A DNA stretch of 64,000 bases from Phoronis australis. Its lineage: Eukaryota; Animalia; Phoronida. The translations under genes were made by a program, and so were the position numbers. The DNA lies in the NCBI GenBank assembly GCA_002633005.1, contig NMRA01000095.1, positions 786,412 to 850,411 of the forward strand, given 5' to 3'. Positions 50,801-61,900 of this stretch are shown here, one piece after another; position 1 is the first letter of the stretch, and each line of letters starts with the position of its first letter. Below the pieces are notes generated by a model. The model saw only the letters and a program-made list of their open reading frames with translations. It made no database searches and had not been told where the DNA came from.

Positions 50801-52820
50801 CAATCGGAGTCAATGTATGAAATTCGCTGTCAAATTGAAGAAATGTGGAAACACATGGCATACCACGGAAATCGATGCAGCAGAGGTTTTACCTAATCGT
50901 GCTCTTTGTATTCCATAAACTCCAAAAACTTCAAAGTACGTTTCTTTAGCAAACCATACAACTTTAGAAAAAGCCACAATGTTTCTTGCTAGACTCTCAT
51001 CATTGCACCAACTACGCCTACGCGAAGTGCTCGGCTGGCCACTTCTCTAATTTTTGAGTAACAAAGTGATATTTTCTGATAGATGACTGTTTATCCACTA
51101 CTCTTCTATCGACAATATATTGTACGAGTTTTTAATTGTGAAATCGAACCAAGGGGGCGCAACGAACATGGTTGCATTTTGGATTCGACTGAGATGATTT
51201 TACGAGTTTTGGTCAATACGATCCATGAAATGCATAGCAGTATATGTTTCATGTCACCTTTACTATACGACCCCAAATCCCAGTCGCAAATAATTTCAAG
51301 GCCAACTGGAACAGTGGACTTCGCTCTCTCAACGACTGCTAGTGACAAAGTCGTAATTTGACTCATCCAGTTGGCTACCCAGCCATATAAATTCAGCTGC
51401 GTCTGCGCTTACATGTACCTCCTGCTTCCTGTTAACCGTGCGTTGCTTCCGAAAAGCGAATGTTTTCTTATTTAGACCATTTGTCGCTTTGGAATTGTTT
51501 TCCGTTCGTTTCTACACTTAAATGAGAAGTGGGTTTTGGGTTTGCAAAGACCTAGCAGTTCGTTATTCACCTTACTTCCTGAACAAACCCTCTAGATCAC
51601 GTTATCCGTGACGCCAGAGTGTGAGCCCTGGGAACCAGATTTATTTAGCTATTTCTCAAGACGCTGTTCTTCGCATAAAATGACACGCTGTCTCAAGCCA
51701 TGTTGTACAACCTAACCTCGAAACTCTAACAAATTGCTCGTTTGTCTAATGCCAGGAGGAACAACGTGACAACTTTAAATGGTTTACATTAAAAGCTGGT
51801 TATTGTAACAGAAGGCAGGAGCATAGCAGCTTAAGATGGGCGGCAAGTTGATTGGACGTATGCTGCTACCTTGAACAGGCATGGTAGAAGATGTCGCATC
51901 CGGCGTGCCAAGTTGCGCTAGTGTTACTTTTTGCCTTGCGGTGACTTGCTCCTGATCATATTTTATGTTGGAGTACTATGCGGTGTCCAAGCAGGTAAGA
52001 AAAAACACCATCAGATCCCAGTAAAACCATATCCTGGTATTCCTAATTTAGAAAAATTTGTTAACATTTTGGGGACACCCTGCAGAGATGGATCTAGGAT
52101 TTGGAGTTGGTGGGGGGGGGGGGGGGNNNNNGGGGGGGCAGAGTATCAGCCAGGATTTTGCCCGTCAGACATTCAAGTGTCACTCTCTCAGATTCTTCAA
52201 AAAATAACAAAACTTCAGGGAACGAAGATTACAATTACTGGAGATAATTTGCTAGTTGCAAAAAGGGCGAAGTAGCTGTACGAAGCGGGAGAGCGATGAA
52301 GAGCTATCATAGTTTTCACACATGTATTGTATCCATGATTTGTGCACTTACGAAGTCTAAAACGTTCGCGACAAGAACACCCAAATCCACGTAAACGACA
52401 TCACTGGGTCGTTTGACTGGTCGCACATCTTTATTATATCCTTTAAGTAGCTGTTCGTGAAGTTTATGCATAACCGTTCCATGTGCGTGTCCTGAAATTC
52501 AGAAGAAATGAATTTGAACGAACACACCTTAAGAATGTCAATATGTTATTTGTTTGAAAACCTTGCACCTTGGTATTAATACATGATGTTCAATTCGATT
52601 GTGATATGTATGACGCTAAATTCTATACTTTCAATGTATGGACTGCCAACCCTGTTTAAGTCTTGGTTTACAGATCATGCATACAACTACTTATTCCTAC
52701 ATTCCAAATGCGAGATTCGTGTTTTAGGGCACAGATTGAACACTAAGAAGAAAAACAGTTGCGAGTATAAAGCTCACCTGATCTCAGTAATTCTAACAAA
52801 ATCGGGATTTGAATCACCAT
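41881..52820 (-). CDS. Nicotinic acetylcholine receptor-like Cys-loop subunit, non-alpha type (gene A), about 452 aa
   Basis: Exons 52820-52778 (first exon tentative), 52491-52352, 50140-50096, 48212-48106, 46852-46599, 44199-43918, 42930-42743, 42180-41881 total 1359 nt with consistent phases. Motifs YNKDVRPV, WLPDI, Cys-loop CRLNVADFPFDEQHC, GSWVY, M2 GEKITLGITLFL, M4 EWTMVAIFVDR. No vicinal Cys-Cys in loop C. Confidence 0.9.
43361..43517. mobile_element. Degenerate Penelope-type terminal remnant with hammerhead-like cores
   Basis: taacac-CTGAAGA-tg..c-GAAA-ggtg-gtgcta at 43471-43517 and an antisense cgatgtttcggtcggcc at 43364-43380. Confidence 0.35.
44480..45635. mobile_element. About 1.15-kb non-autonomous DNA transposon with subterminal aaaccaggttt repeats and a nested MITE
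   Basis: TIR gcagccgaattcataaaggtggttt / aaaccacctttatgaaatcggctgc. Confidence 0.75.
45081..45238. mobile_element. Nested GC-rich MITE
   Basis: TIR catgggcggatcca / tggatccgcccctg; flanks ctaca / ctacg (4/5 match). Confidence 0.75.
45637..45881. mobile_element. Harbinger-like MITE abutting the previous element
   Basis: TIR cgggtccgtttatcaaaggtc / ggcctttgagcaaacgggcccg; inner ggtcgtagc / gctatgacc. Confidence 0.7.
46235..46495. mobile_element. hAT-like MITE, copy 2 (family of 11991-12280)
   Basis: Perfect TIR catgcgcgcaccc / gggtgcgcgcatg with shared internal blocks. Confidence 0.78.
48539..48695. mobile_element. MITE, copy 2 (family of 3950-4091), preceded by a more decayed relative at about 48400-48535
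   Basis: cagcctcccgttcagtaacgctaggacctcgctaaaa..aggtcctagcg..tactgaacgcacgcc, with an internal duplication of taggtcctagcg. Confidence 0.8.
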
Positions 52821-53319
52821 CTTCAAACTGAAATGAATTCTATGACTTAAATACATGACCAAAAGTGCGCTGTGAAATCTATACGATCGAGCCACAAAAA
52901 AACTTCCTCCGGAAGACTCGTGCAATTTATGTTGAACATCTCGCATAGCGACATCTTATGTTACGCGAGATGGTCATCACGTGGCATTACAAAGCATTGT
53001 ACTGCAGCTAACATTTTTTGATAGGCCTACAGAAATGGTCCCCGTTAGTCATTGCCAAACATCGCTCACCAACATACCTGCAATAGTGGGCCCACTACTG
53101 GCTTTGGTTGTCGCGAGTTCAGCAGGTAAATACACTGAGTTTTTTAGCGCACGCGTGCAACGGTACCAAAATGTGCCACCGCAGCTGGTATGTCTACAAG
53201 AGAAAAAAAAGTTTTGAATAGCAAGTGTTTGTGTTATTAAACATTTGGAGACATTAACAAAGTTCACAACAATAGAATAAAAACATTTACTGAGCAGTAG
53301 ATATATAAATAATGTTAAG

Positions 53320-53965
53320 AAGTCTACTTTGCCCGCCATTCCCAGTTAAACTGTATCGGTAACGCCATGAAAGTAAATTGAGTCACATGGTTCTTGTTCG
53401 ACTGACAAAATGGCAAGGCTCTCCATGCGATCTTGACTCATCGTTGACTTAACTATCTTCAACTTGCTGAAAGACCTTTGGCATGTCGTACCACAGAGAC
53501 AGGCATGATCAAAATTATCTACAAAGCAGTTCTCAAGTTTGGAAACAAATCCTTTCCATATTTCATGGTGGCCTTCAGAAGCTCTTCCGAAGTTGAAGTA
53601 GTTTCTTTTTACTGTTGTTTCTTAAAAAGCATTCGGCAGTCGATAACTTCCTCATCAAGTTGAATGCCGTTGAAGTCTCCTTCAAGTACGGCACTAAAAT
53701 CGTCACAACGTTACAACAGCTCATTAACCTCCGTGCTACTAAACATCAGTGACTAGACGTCCAATAGGAAGCCGAACAAAGAGTTCAGATCTTGTACCCG
53801 GTTTCTGCGTTCTTGAAGTTCGGTTGCCAACGTGTCCACCGCACGCTTCGCGTACCCTTCTGACGATTTCATCTGTCACGCATACGTCCCACATCAGCTG
53901 GTTCCCCACGGGACATGTTTCGCTTCAACCTCACACCTCGCTCAGTGGGTCTTTTTAAGACTTCA
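53320..53965 (-). pseudogene. Decayed hAT transposase C-terminal (dimerisation) region
   Basis: With stops and frameshifts the minus strand reads AVDTLATELQER..DLNSLFGFLLDV..EEVIDCRMLL..LFPNLRTAL*IILIMPVSV..RSFSKLKIVKSTMSQDRMESLAILSVEQE..AGKVDF. This matches the hAT signature FPNL..PV..ERSFSKLK..RSTM.Q.RL..LA.LS.E. Confidence 0.85.
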
Positions 53966-54697
53966 AACGGTACAAGAATTGTAAACACTTAAGCGTTTTT
54001 CAATATTTCGTTTACTGAGCGCTTCGTCAAAAAGACGACTAATTTCAAAAAGCGTAATATGTATAGAAAGAAAAGCTCATGGGAGGTTTTTCGGATATTT
54101 ACTGGGGACAAATGAGAAGAAAAACAGTAGCGAAGGGGGGCACTTACGGATCTAGGATGTCGCAAGCGAGCCACAAGGGCAACAGTCGAAGAAATGGGCG
54201 CGTTTGCGTCAACTCTAAACATCGTTTTTGGTTGCATCCGGAACAAATGATGGGCCGACCCTCTTGCCCCATTCGCCTACAGGCGAAGCTTGTCTCAAGT
54301 ATTAGATGCGAAAGTGTTGGCGACCGGTGGGGTCCAGTCAGGGGGCGCTTGTTCTTGCATTCTCTAAAAATATTCGCGGATCAGATTTTTCTGGGAACTC
54401 CCGACTAAGCTTTTTCGTGGTTATTGTTAGAAAATGAAAGGACACGCAGCTGTGGGGATTTCTGTATCTTGATCAAATATGACGATTCGATTAAATGCAC
54501 AAAATACCGACCGACTCGATTTAATACGAGTTTGGCCGTCATTTTTGCCAAACTTGTGTCCAGCAATTTTGGAAATGCCGCTGTCTACAACAGTTATTGT
54601 TTTTGTAGAATATATGACAAGCATTTCATTTTCTGCATTACTGTCAATATTTCCATATTTGGTGCACTTAAGAGCAGTAAGAAAATGCAGAAATTGA

Positions 54698-54921
54698 GCC
54701 GTGTTCCGAATTTGACACTTGAAATTGGATCTGAGCCCCCTCCCCCCAAACACACTAAATACATTTTTAAATGTGGAAATGCGGAAACAAGATTTAAAAA
54801 TCATGTTTCCGCCATATACCCGTGCTGATTAATAAACTCAAATTTTTCCTACGCTCTTGCTGTTTTATTTTTTTGCGGCAGCCATGGGGGAGGGGAGGGG
54901 GCCTCCCTAAATCCGCCTTTG
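54698..54921 (+). repeat. Dispersed repeat (MITE 3' part), also at 59748-59962
   Basis: gccgtgttccgaatttga.acttgaaattggat.tgagccccc..aataaactca..cctacgctctt.ctgttttatttttt.gcggca..cctaaatccgc is shared by both copies. Confidence 0.8.
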
Positions 54922-55964
54922 GAACCTGTCACGCTCAATGAACAATGTCTTTATTTCATTGGTCACACTAATAGCATAGTGTCCTGACCTAGATGCCGCA
55001 TCGTCACGTTAAAACGCCACCTATTAGCCACAACGACAACAACTGACACCACTAGCCTAGCTGAAATTCGTGAGAGACAGACGGAACGTAAGCAAATTCC
55101 AGCATTTGACTTATTTTTTTCTGTATTTTATTACCTCAACTGGATATCTAAAAAAAACTTTAATGCTTTTAGTAAGAGCACTAGATTAAACCTTTAGCAG
55201 AAAATTGTGAATTTGTTCACTTCTAGCGATAACATAAATTCCAGACTCGTTTTCCAATAAATTTCCAAGATGATGGTTTCCAATACGGCTGTGAAATAGA
55301 CCACGTAGGACAAAATGTCTTGGAAACAGCAAAAACCTGCCACTACTATTTACAAAAATACACCTAGGTTAGAAAAGTGTTCCATTTGGGTACGTTCCGA
55401 CAAGAGAATAGGTGGCGGTTTCTGCAGTGCAAGGCAAAAGTAATCAGGCCGCAAAATACCGTAATTTCCCTGTCATAACGGCAAATTCTCTTAACAGAAA
55501 AATGACTAGCTGGTATGTTTTTAGCCACCTTGTTTTTAATTTCCCTTCACCCCCTCTTCATTCTCGGTCTTCTGTCTTGAAAGAAGGTTACTCTATGAAT
55601 TTGGCGCTTCCACCCTGAGTCGTAATGACCAGGAAATCCCCGTGATTTTGTCTGAACACTTTTGACTTGTACCCCACCTAACATTCGCCTCAGCTGCTTC
55701 ATGTTATATGTTTAAAACGAGGACGTTCGGCTAAGAGGTTGGTAATCACGGATTCTGAATGTCGGTGTAACAACTCGACCAAAGGCAGCACTTACTTAAA
55801 CAATAATCATGTTACGACAATACTTGTGCGAACTCGTGCTTTGGGGACCCGCGGGATCTCCTGTTCTCAGGTCAACGACTCAACTTCCATAGGACTGTAC
55901 TTTAATCCGGTTCTTGTGACTATACGTCCTCAAGCCTAATGTGTGTATATTTCTCCTACATTAG

Positions 55965-58900
55965 TTTCAGAAACTCATGGCAAGTTCGTACATCAACTGC
56001 ACGATTACCTCTTGCAAGACTACAACAAAGACATTCGACCAGTAAAGCGACCTGAAGATGCCGTGTTTGTTGCCATGGAAACGCGGCTTATAAACATTTT
56101 GGAGTTTGTGCGTTATAGTTCATTGCAGATTGTTTAAGCGGCTGATGAACCCCAGTTCCATCAAGGAAGCAATTTTTTGATGTTGACCATTTAGCGCTAT
56201 AAATTTGGTCTCAGTCGAACGTGTTTCTTACTCAGATCCGTGCCCAGACCAAGAAGCTTTTTGTCTAAGCTCAGAGTGAGAAGTGATCCAAGGACATGGA
56301 AAGAACCACCACATTGTTATTCCGTGAGGCCACACTCAGTGCATCAACTGATCATCCATCGTATCGAGCCAACTTGTGGAACTCGTTCTCACGCAATAAC
56401 GAATCGTTAGTTCATTCCAAGCACCCCCGGCGCGGCCTTGGGGTCTGGTTCGAAATCGAAATTACTTTTTACATTTTCTGCGAACTCGAGCTAATTTTCT
56501 CTTATTCTGTGCCTAAGGAAGCAACGGATTACGCAAACGAGAGGGCAGTTCAAATTTGCTCTTGATCACCCCTATATTCAATCTATAAACACGCGTAAAA
56601 AACTCGAGATTTCGTGACTCGAACTGTAGCTTTAATGCTGGGTCATCAATGTAAACCACAAAATACTCCAGAATAGAATAAAACACGCTTACTTGTACTA
56701 AAGAAGAACGGATAATGTTTAATTAATTTCGAGTTCTTCGAGTAAAAATATTAGAAATAAGGGTAAGTGATCTAAATCAAAAGTTTATTTTTTGTGATGG
56801 AAGGTGGGTTTATGGCCGCTTTAAGAGTAATATTACTATATTTTGTCTGGGAGCTTTTACAGTTTTTTAAGTTATCATTTCGTTTTGGCAACATTTTGGT
56901 CACGTGACCTAATCGGTGGTTCTGCTGTGCGTGAACCTGGAATCTTGCTTAATCTCAAGATAGCGAATGCGTGGACTTGGAATTGAATATTCATTTGGGC
57001 AATCAGGTGAATTTTTATTTCAGTGTAAAGATTTTTTGTAATTATTGGCCTCATGAACACACATTTTCTGCTTTAGCCTAAGTTATGTCAAAGAATCGGA
57101 AGAATATGTGAATGGTTAAATCAATTATTGGTTGGTGCATAACATCACTATTGGTTAAAAATTATGATATTTTATTAACATGTTATTTAGTGCTCTGCCA
57201 ATTTTTATGAACGCGAGGGCGATTATTTGAGTGAACTTGTCAATTTTCTTAGCGTATGTTCACGCATACACGATCTTAAGATGTAGCAAGATTCCAAGTT
57301 CGCACACAGAAGTCTCGGTGGCTCCGTGGACTAGAGAGGGTCTGCAAGGTTAGCAGAAGGCACCAGGTTCGAGTCCCAGTCGGGGCACTAATCTTTTCAG
57401 ACTTACAGTCACTAAGTCACGTCATGTGGCATGCAGATCAGAATTAAAATTGCTTGCGACCTATATTTCCACTCCGGTCTAAGATTTACATATTCGTTAT
57501 CTATTATGCAACGTTTTATTTCTAAAGAAAATCGTGAATGACCTATTTTTCCATGACCCCCATGCAAAAGTGGACTAATCTAGAAAGAACTAGTATCGTT
57601 TTGGAGCAGCAGGTAACAAGTATGGTATATGGAAGTTTCATATGAATCTGATCAGCCATTTCTAAGACATGATGTTCCGAAGCCTAGGCAAATTTTGTCT
57701 AGGGCCCGTCACAAATTTGACTCGTCACTTCCTGTCAAAAATGGCTGATAGAATACATTTGACTCCATCTTGAACAAATAGTGGTCCATTTATATTTTCG
57801 CGCTAATACAACTCTGTGTTTGTTACCACTATGCAAAACCAATGGAACAAAAAAACTGTACTCTAGTAAAAAGAGTCCAATTTGTTTTGAATCTCATGAC
57901 TTTTTCGGATTGTGTTTCGTAACGTTCTCACTTGTTCGTATTTTAGGCGGAAACGAAACAGACTTTGGCAACTGCGCAAGTGGTCATTCTGGTAAGTTCC
58001 TTGTCATGCAACGCATTTTTTTCATTTCTTAACAGGTTGTAAATATCGGCAACAATTGCGCTACTAAAAGTCCATTCACTAGAACTTTAAAAATGTTTTA
58101 ACTGGAAAGTTGTTTAAAACGTAACATTTTGAATTCGTCGTGCGAAATCAAACTCAAAACGTTTTACTCCAAAAATGTAAAAAAATTCAAAAACGAATTT
58201 AGCAGTATGGTTAAATGAGACGTTTGAAGTAGACTTACGCACAAACGTACTCAATAAATTTTTAATACAGAAGGCCAAAAATTTTGCTTCTTAAAAATTC
58301 ATTTTTAAAGAAATCGTTACCAAACTTTAAAAATCCTATTTAGTATGAATGGATGACATTTCTACCAAATTTACAAAAATGATGTTAGTTCGTTACCGTT
58401 TTATTGCCTGAAATTTGCTCTCTAAGTGTCCACTTCAAACTGCTAGCGGTTAGTGTCCACTTTCTATTGCTAGCGATTAGTGTCCACATTCTACTGCTAG
58501 CGATTAGTGTCCACTTTCTACTGCTAGCGGTTAGTGTCCAGTTTCTATTGCTAGTGTTTAGTGTCCACTTTCTATTGCTAGTGTTTAGTGTCCACTTTCT
58601 ATTGCTAGTATTTAGTGTCCACTTTCTATTGCTAGTGTTTAGTGTCCACTTTCTACTGCTAGTGCTTAGTGTCCACTTTCTATTGCTAGTGTTTAGTGTC
58701 CACTTTCTACTGCTAGTGGTTAGTGTCCACGTTCTATTGCTAGTGGTTATCGACAATTTTGCTCGACACCTTCCGTATTTCCGTGCCATTAGTCCCATGG
58801 GTGTATGTGCGGAACTGCGCTTATATGCAAAATTTAGGCGTATGCAGCAATATGCGAACCACATGGGTAAAAAGGCCTAGAAAAAGATATTGTTTCGAAT

Positions 58901-61900
58901 GCAGGACATGGACCTAAAAGCGCAGCAATACGGTAACACAGCACTATTTACAAAATTTCTAGAAAATACGCCAAAGAACTCCAAAGATACTGACGCAAAC
59001 GTAAAAAATGGCCATTAGGAGGCACAGCGGTAGTCAAAACTCGTGCGCCTATATGCGAATTAGGTGACTTAGGCGCATGCGGCAGTATGCGAAAAGGCAT
59101 TATTTCGAATGATAAGCCCATGGACCTAAAGGCGCGGTAATGCGGTGCTAGTTTGCTTGCAGCAAAACGGAAGGCACTCATTTGCACAGGGCCCTGATCG
59201 GCATCGGAGTTATTGATTCGTGAACTGTTTTTTTTTTCNNNNNNNNNNNNNNNNNNNNNNNNNNNNNNNNNNNNNNNNNNNNNNNNNNNNNNNNNNNNNN
59301 NNNNNNNNNNNNNNNNNNNNNNNNNNNNNNNNNNNNNNNNNNNNNNNNNNNNNNNNNNNNNNNNNNNNNNNNNNNNNNNNNNNNNNNNNNNNNNNNNNNN
59401 NNNNNNNNNNNNNNNNNNNNNNNNNNNNNNNNNNNNNNNNNNNNNNNNNNNNNNNNNNNNNNNNNNNNNNNNNNNNNNNNNNNNNNNNNNNNNNNNNNNN
59501 NNNNNNNNNNNNNNNNNNNNNNNNNNNNNNNNNNNNNNNNNNNNNNNNNNNNACATCTTACCAGCAGCTTCTGTTTTTTCATCGTCACTCAGGTTCCATT
59601 TTCTTTAAAATATGAAGTAAATTTTCTTCATTGCACAGTGGAGCAGACGATGGAAACGGAGTCGTAGTGCGCAGCGCCACTGCCGGTCGCCTGGGATATC
59701 GCGGGAGAGCCTACTTGTATACTTAGCCATAGTTCCGTTACGAATGCGCCGTGTTCCGAATTTGAGACTTGAAATTGGATTTGAGCCCCCCCCCAACACT
59801 AAAACTGCACACATATAAATCTTTTTTCATCCGCATAATTTTAATTACCCGGGGTTAATTAATAAACTCAACATTTCCCTACGCTCTTACTGTTTTATTT
59901 TTTGCGGCAACCAAGAGGGGGGGGGGGGCGGGCCCCCTGGGCCCCCCCTAAATCCGCATATGCAGTGATGACCGGAAGAGTTTTAAACGCTGGTAACGCA
60001 AGTGCTATAAATCTGCCTTTTAAGTGTTGATTTAGAACTCTTTCACACTGGGTCCCCTTTCATAAGAATAGCCTTAGGAGGGTTCCATTTACTTCATGTC
60101 AGGAATTTCCGAATATAGGCCCGTGGGCGGATATTCAGAAAACGACCTTTCGAAAATGTTACGTGAAACCGAATATACGGCCGGACGTATTTTTGGAAAA
60201 GCGGTGAGAGGGCGGGCGACTTTAGTTTCCGAAAATGTCAATCATTTTGTGATGCAGTTGTGGTTTAACGAACACTAATTGTGAACTTCTTGAAATGAAC
60301 ACGTCGATTTTAATGTATGTAGTTGTATCTCACTGGTAGGACTTTTATTCGTACATACTTCTTTGGTATTCGAGCAAACACGGTGCGTTAAATTACCCTT
60401 CATATTATTTTGTTCAAGCAATTCATCAGATTTTCAAAGCATACCGAAAATACAACCTTGGACGTACTGTTGGGAATATTTCCAATAATACGTCCCTGGG
60501 AGTAATTTTGGGTGAGGTCTATTTTCGGAAATTCTGGTACGCCGACATTAACACCTTATTTTACTTAGATTCGGTCTAATATTGTCTCCACACGCGGCTG
60601 TTTTCAGACGTAAAAGCATGACATAATCTATATCGGACAGCAACCATTTTTGTTATTGACATTTGCTAATTTCCTCTTTTGTAAATCGTCTCTTTGCCGA
60701 ACTATTTTTGGCTGAGCGGACTCACGAATTGTCATCGATTTCCACGACGTATTTCGTGGCAGTTCGTAAACAAAGTCGCCGCAGGGCTCACACTCTGGCG
60801 TCACTAACCAATCTAGTGGGTCTGGCAGTTCGTGAGGCACTCGTGAACTAGACGGTCTCGCCACCTGGTCAGTGACAACTTGCCAAAAACCCGTAAAGCA
60901 GTCGTTATTGTCGGATATTGACAACTTTTTATTGCATGTGAATATCATATTGGAAAGGAAAGGAATTTGTATATCGCCATAATCAAATTACAACTGCATC
61001 GACGAGAAAGGTGCGCGGTTCGTGACCACGTGGTACATGAGGAATATAATGAAGTGGGTGTCTATCTTGAGCTTACGGAGTTAGGAAGTGGGTACGAACA
61101 CGAAAAAGAAAAATCGTCAGTACCAGGACATCTCTTTGCAAATACCGATTTTTGTTATATCATGGGCGGCGCACCATAGGGAGCGCTGGGGGGGGGGTCT
61201 ATACCCTACAACTTGTTCTTCCCAGTGCTGTACCGCCCATGAGCGATGGGGCGCGCACCATAGGGGGCTGGAGGGCTATAGCCCCCATCTTGTTTCAATG
61301 CAGCGCCGCCCACAGTCGCATAGTGATACACACGGCTTTATTATGATCCCGGGTTTCTCCAACCTCCGGCATGCAGTCACGTACATATGTTCTATTTCCA
61401 CTTAGTGCAATCGAACAGTCACTGATATCGGCCAGAACAGATGTGTGGGTTACGTCTGATGGCAACATTACATGGATAATTCCCGCACAAATTGTTACGT
61501 CGTGCAAAATCAACGTGGCGAAGTTTCCATTTGACGAACAATTTTGCCTGATGTTCTTCGGCTCATGGATTTACACGGCTAGCCACATTTTCTTGACCAC
61601 TCGCAATGAACGCCATGATGCCTACTACAGAGACACAGGGGACGAATGGATGCTCGTAGGTAATACGTTCGCACGGCAGTAGTATAGTAATTTGTTTTGG
61701 TGGCACGTTTGGGAGGGACCCTCGGAAAGGTCAAAGGTCCCGCTATGGATCCCCTTTGTTCTCACTCATCTTTCAACAACAGATGTCGCGTATAACCCGT
61801 GAAAGGTGATGAGGGGATATTGTAACCACCTAACTCAACAACAGCTGTCGTGTACTGACGGTACTAAACTGAATAATGAGGTATTGTGACGGCCTTAAAT

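Noticed and set aside
53049-53339. ORF MAGKVDFLTLFIYLLL as the signal-peptide exon of gene A
   Set aside because: AGKVDF is the decayed end of the upstream hAT transposase (typical ARKV.F terminus), and joining it to the next candidate exon gives a stop.
57312-57387. Functional tRNA-Thr(GGT)
   Set aside because: No U33, weak D and T stems, several G-U pairs in the acceptor stem, adjacent to a MITE.
58385-58880. Repetitive ORFs on both strands (SVHFLLLVF)n and (TSNRKWTLN)n
   Set aside because: By-product of a 27-bp intronic minisatellite whose unit is a multiple of 3.
58948-59615. Long ORFs in the track
   Set aside because: They run through the N gap.
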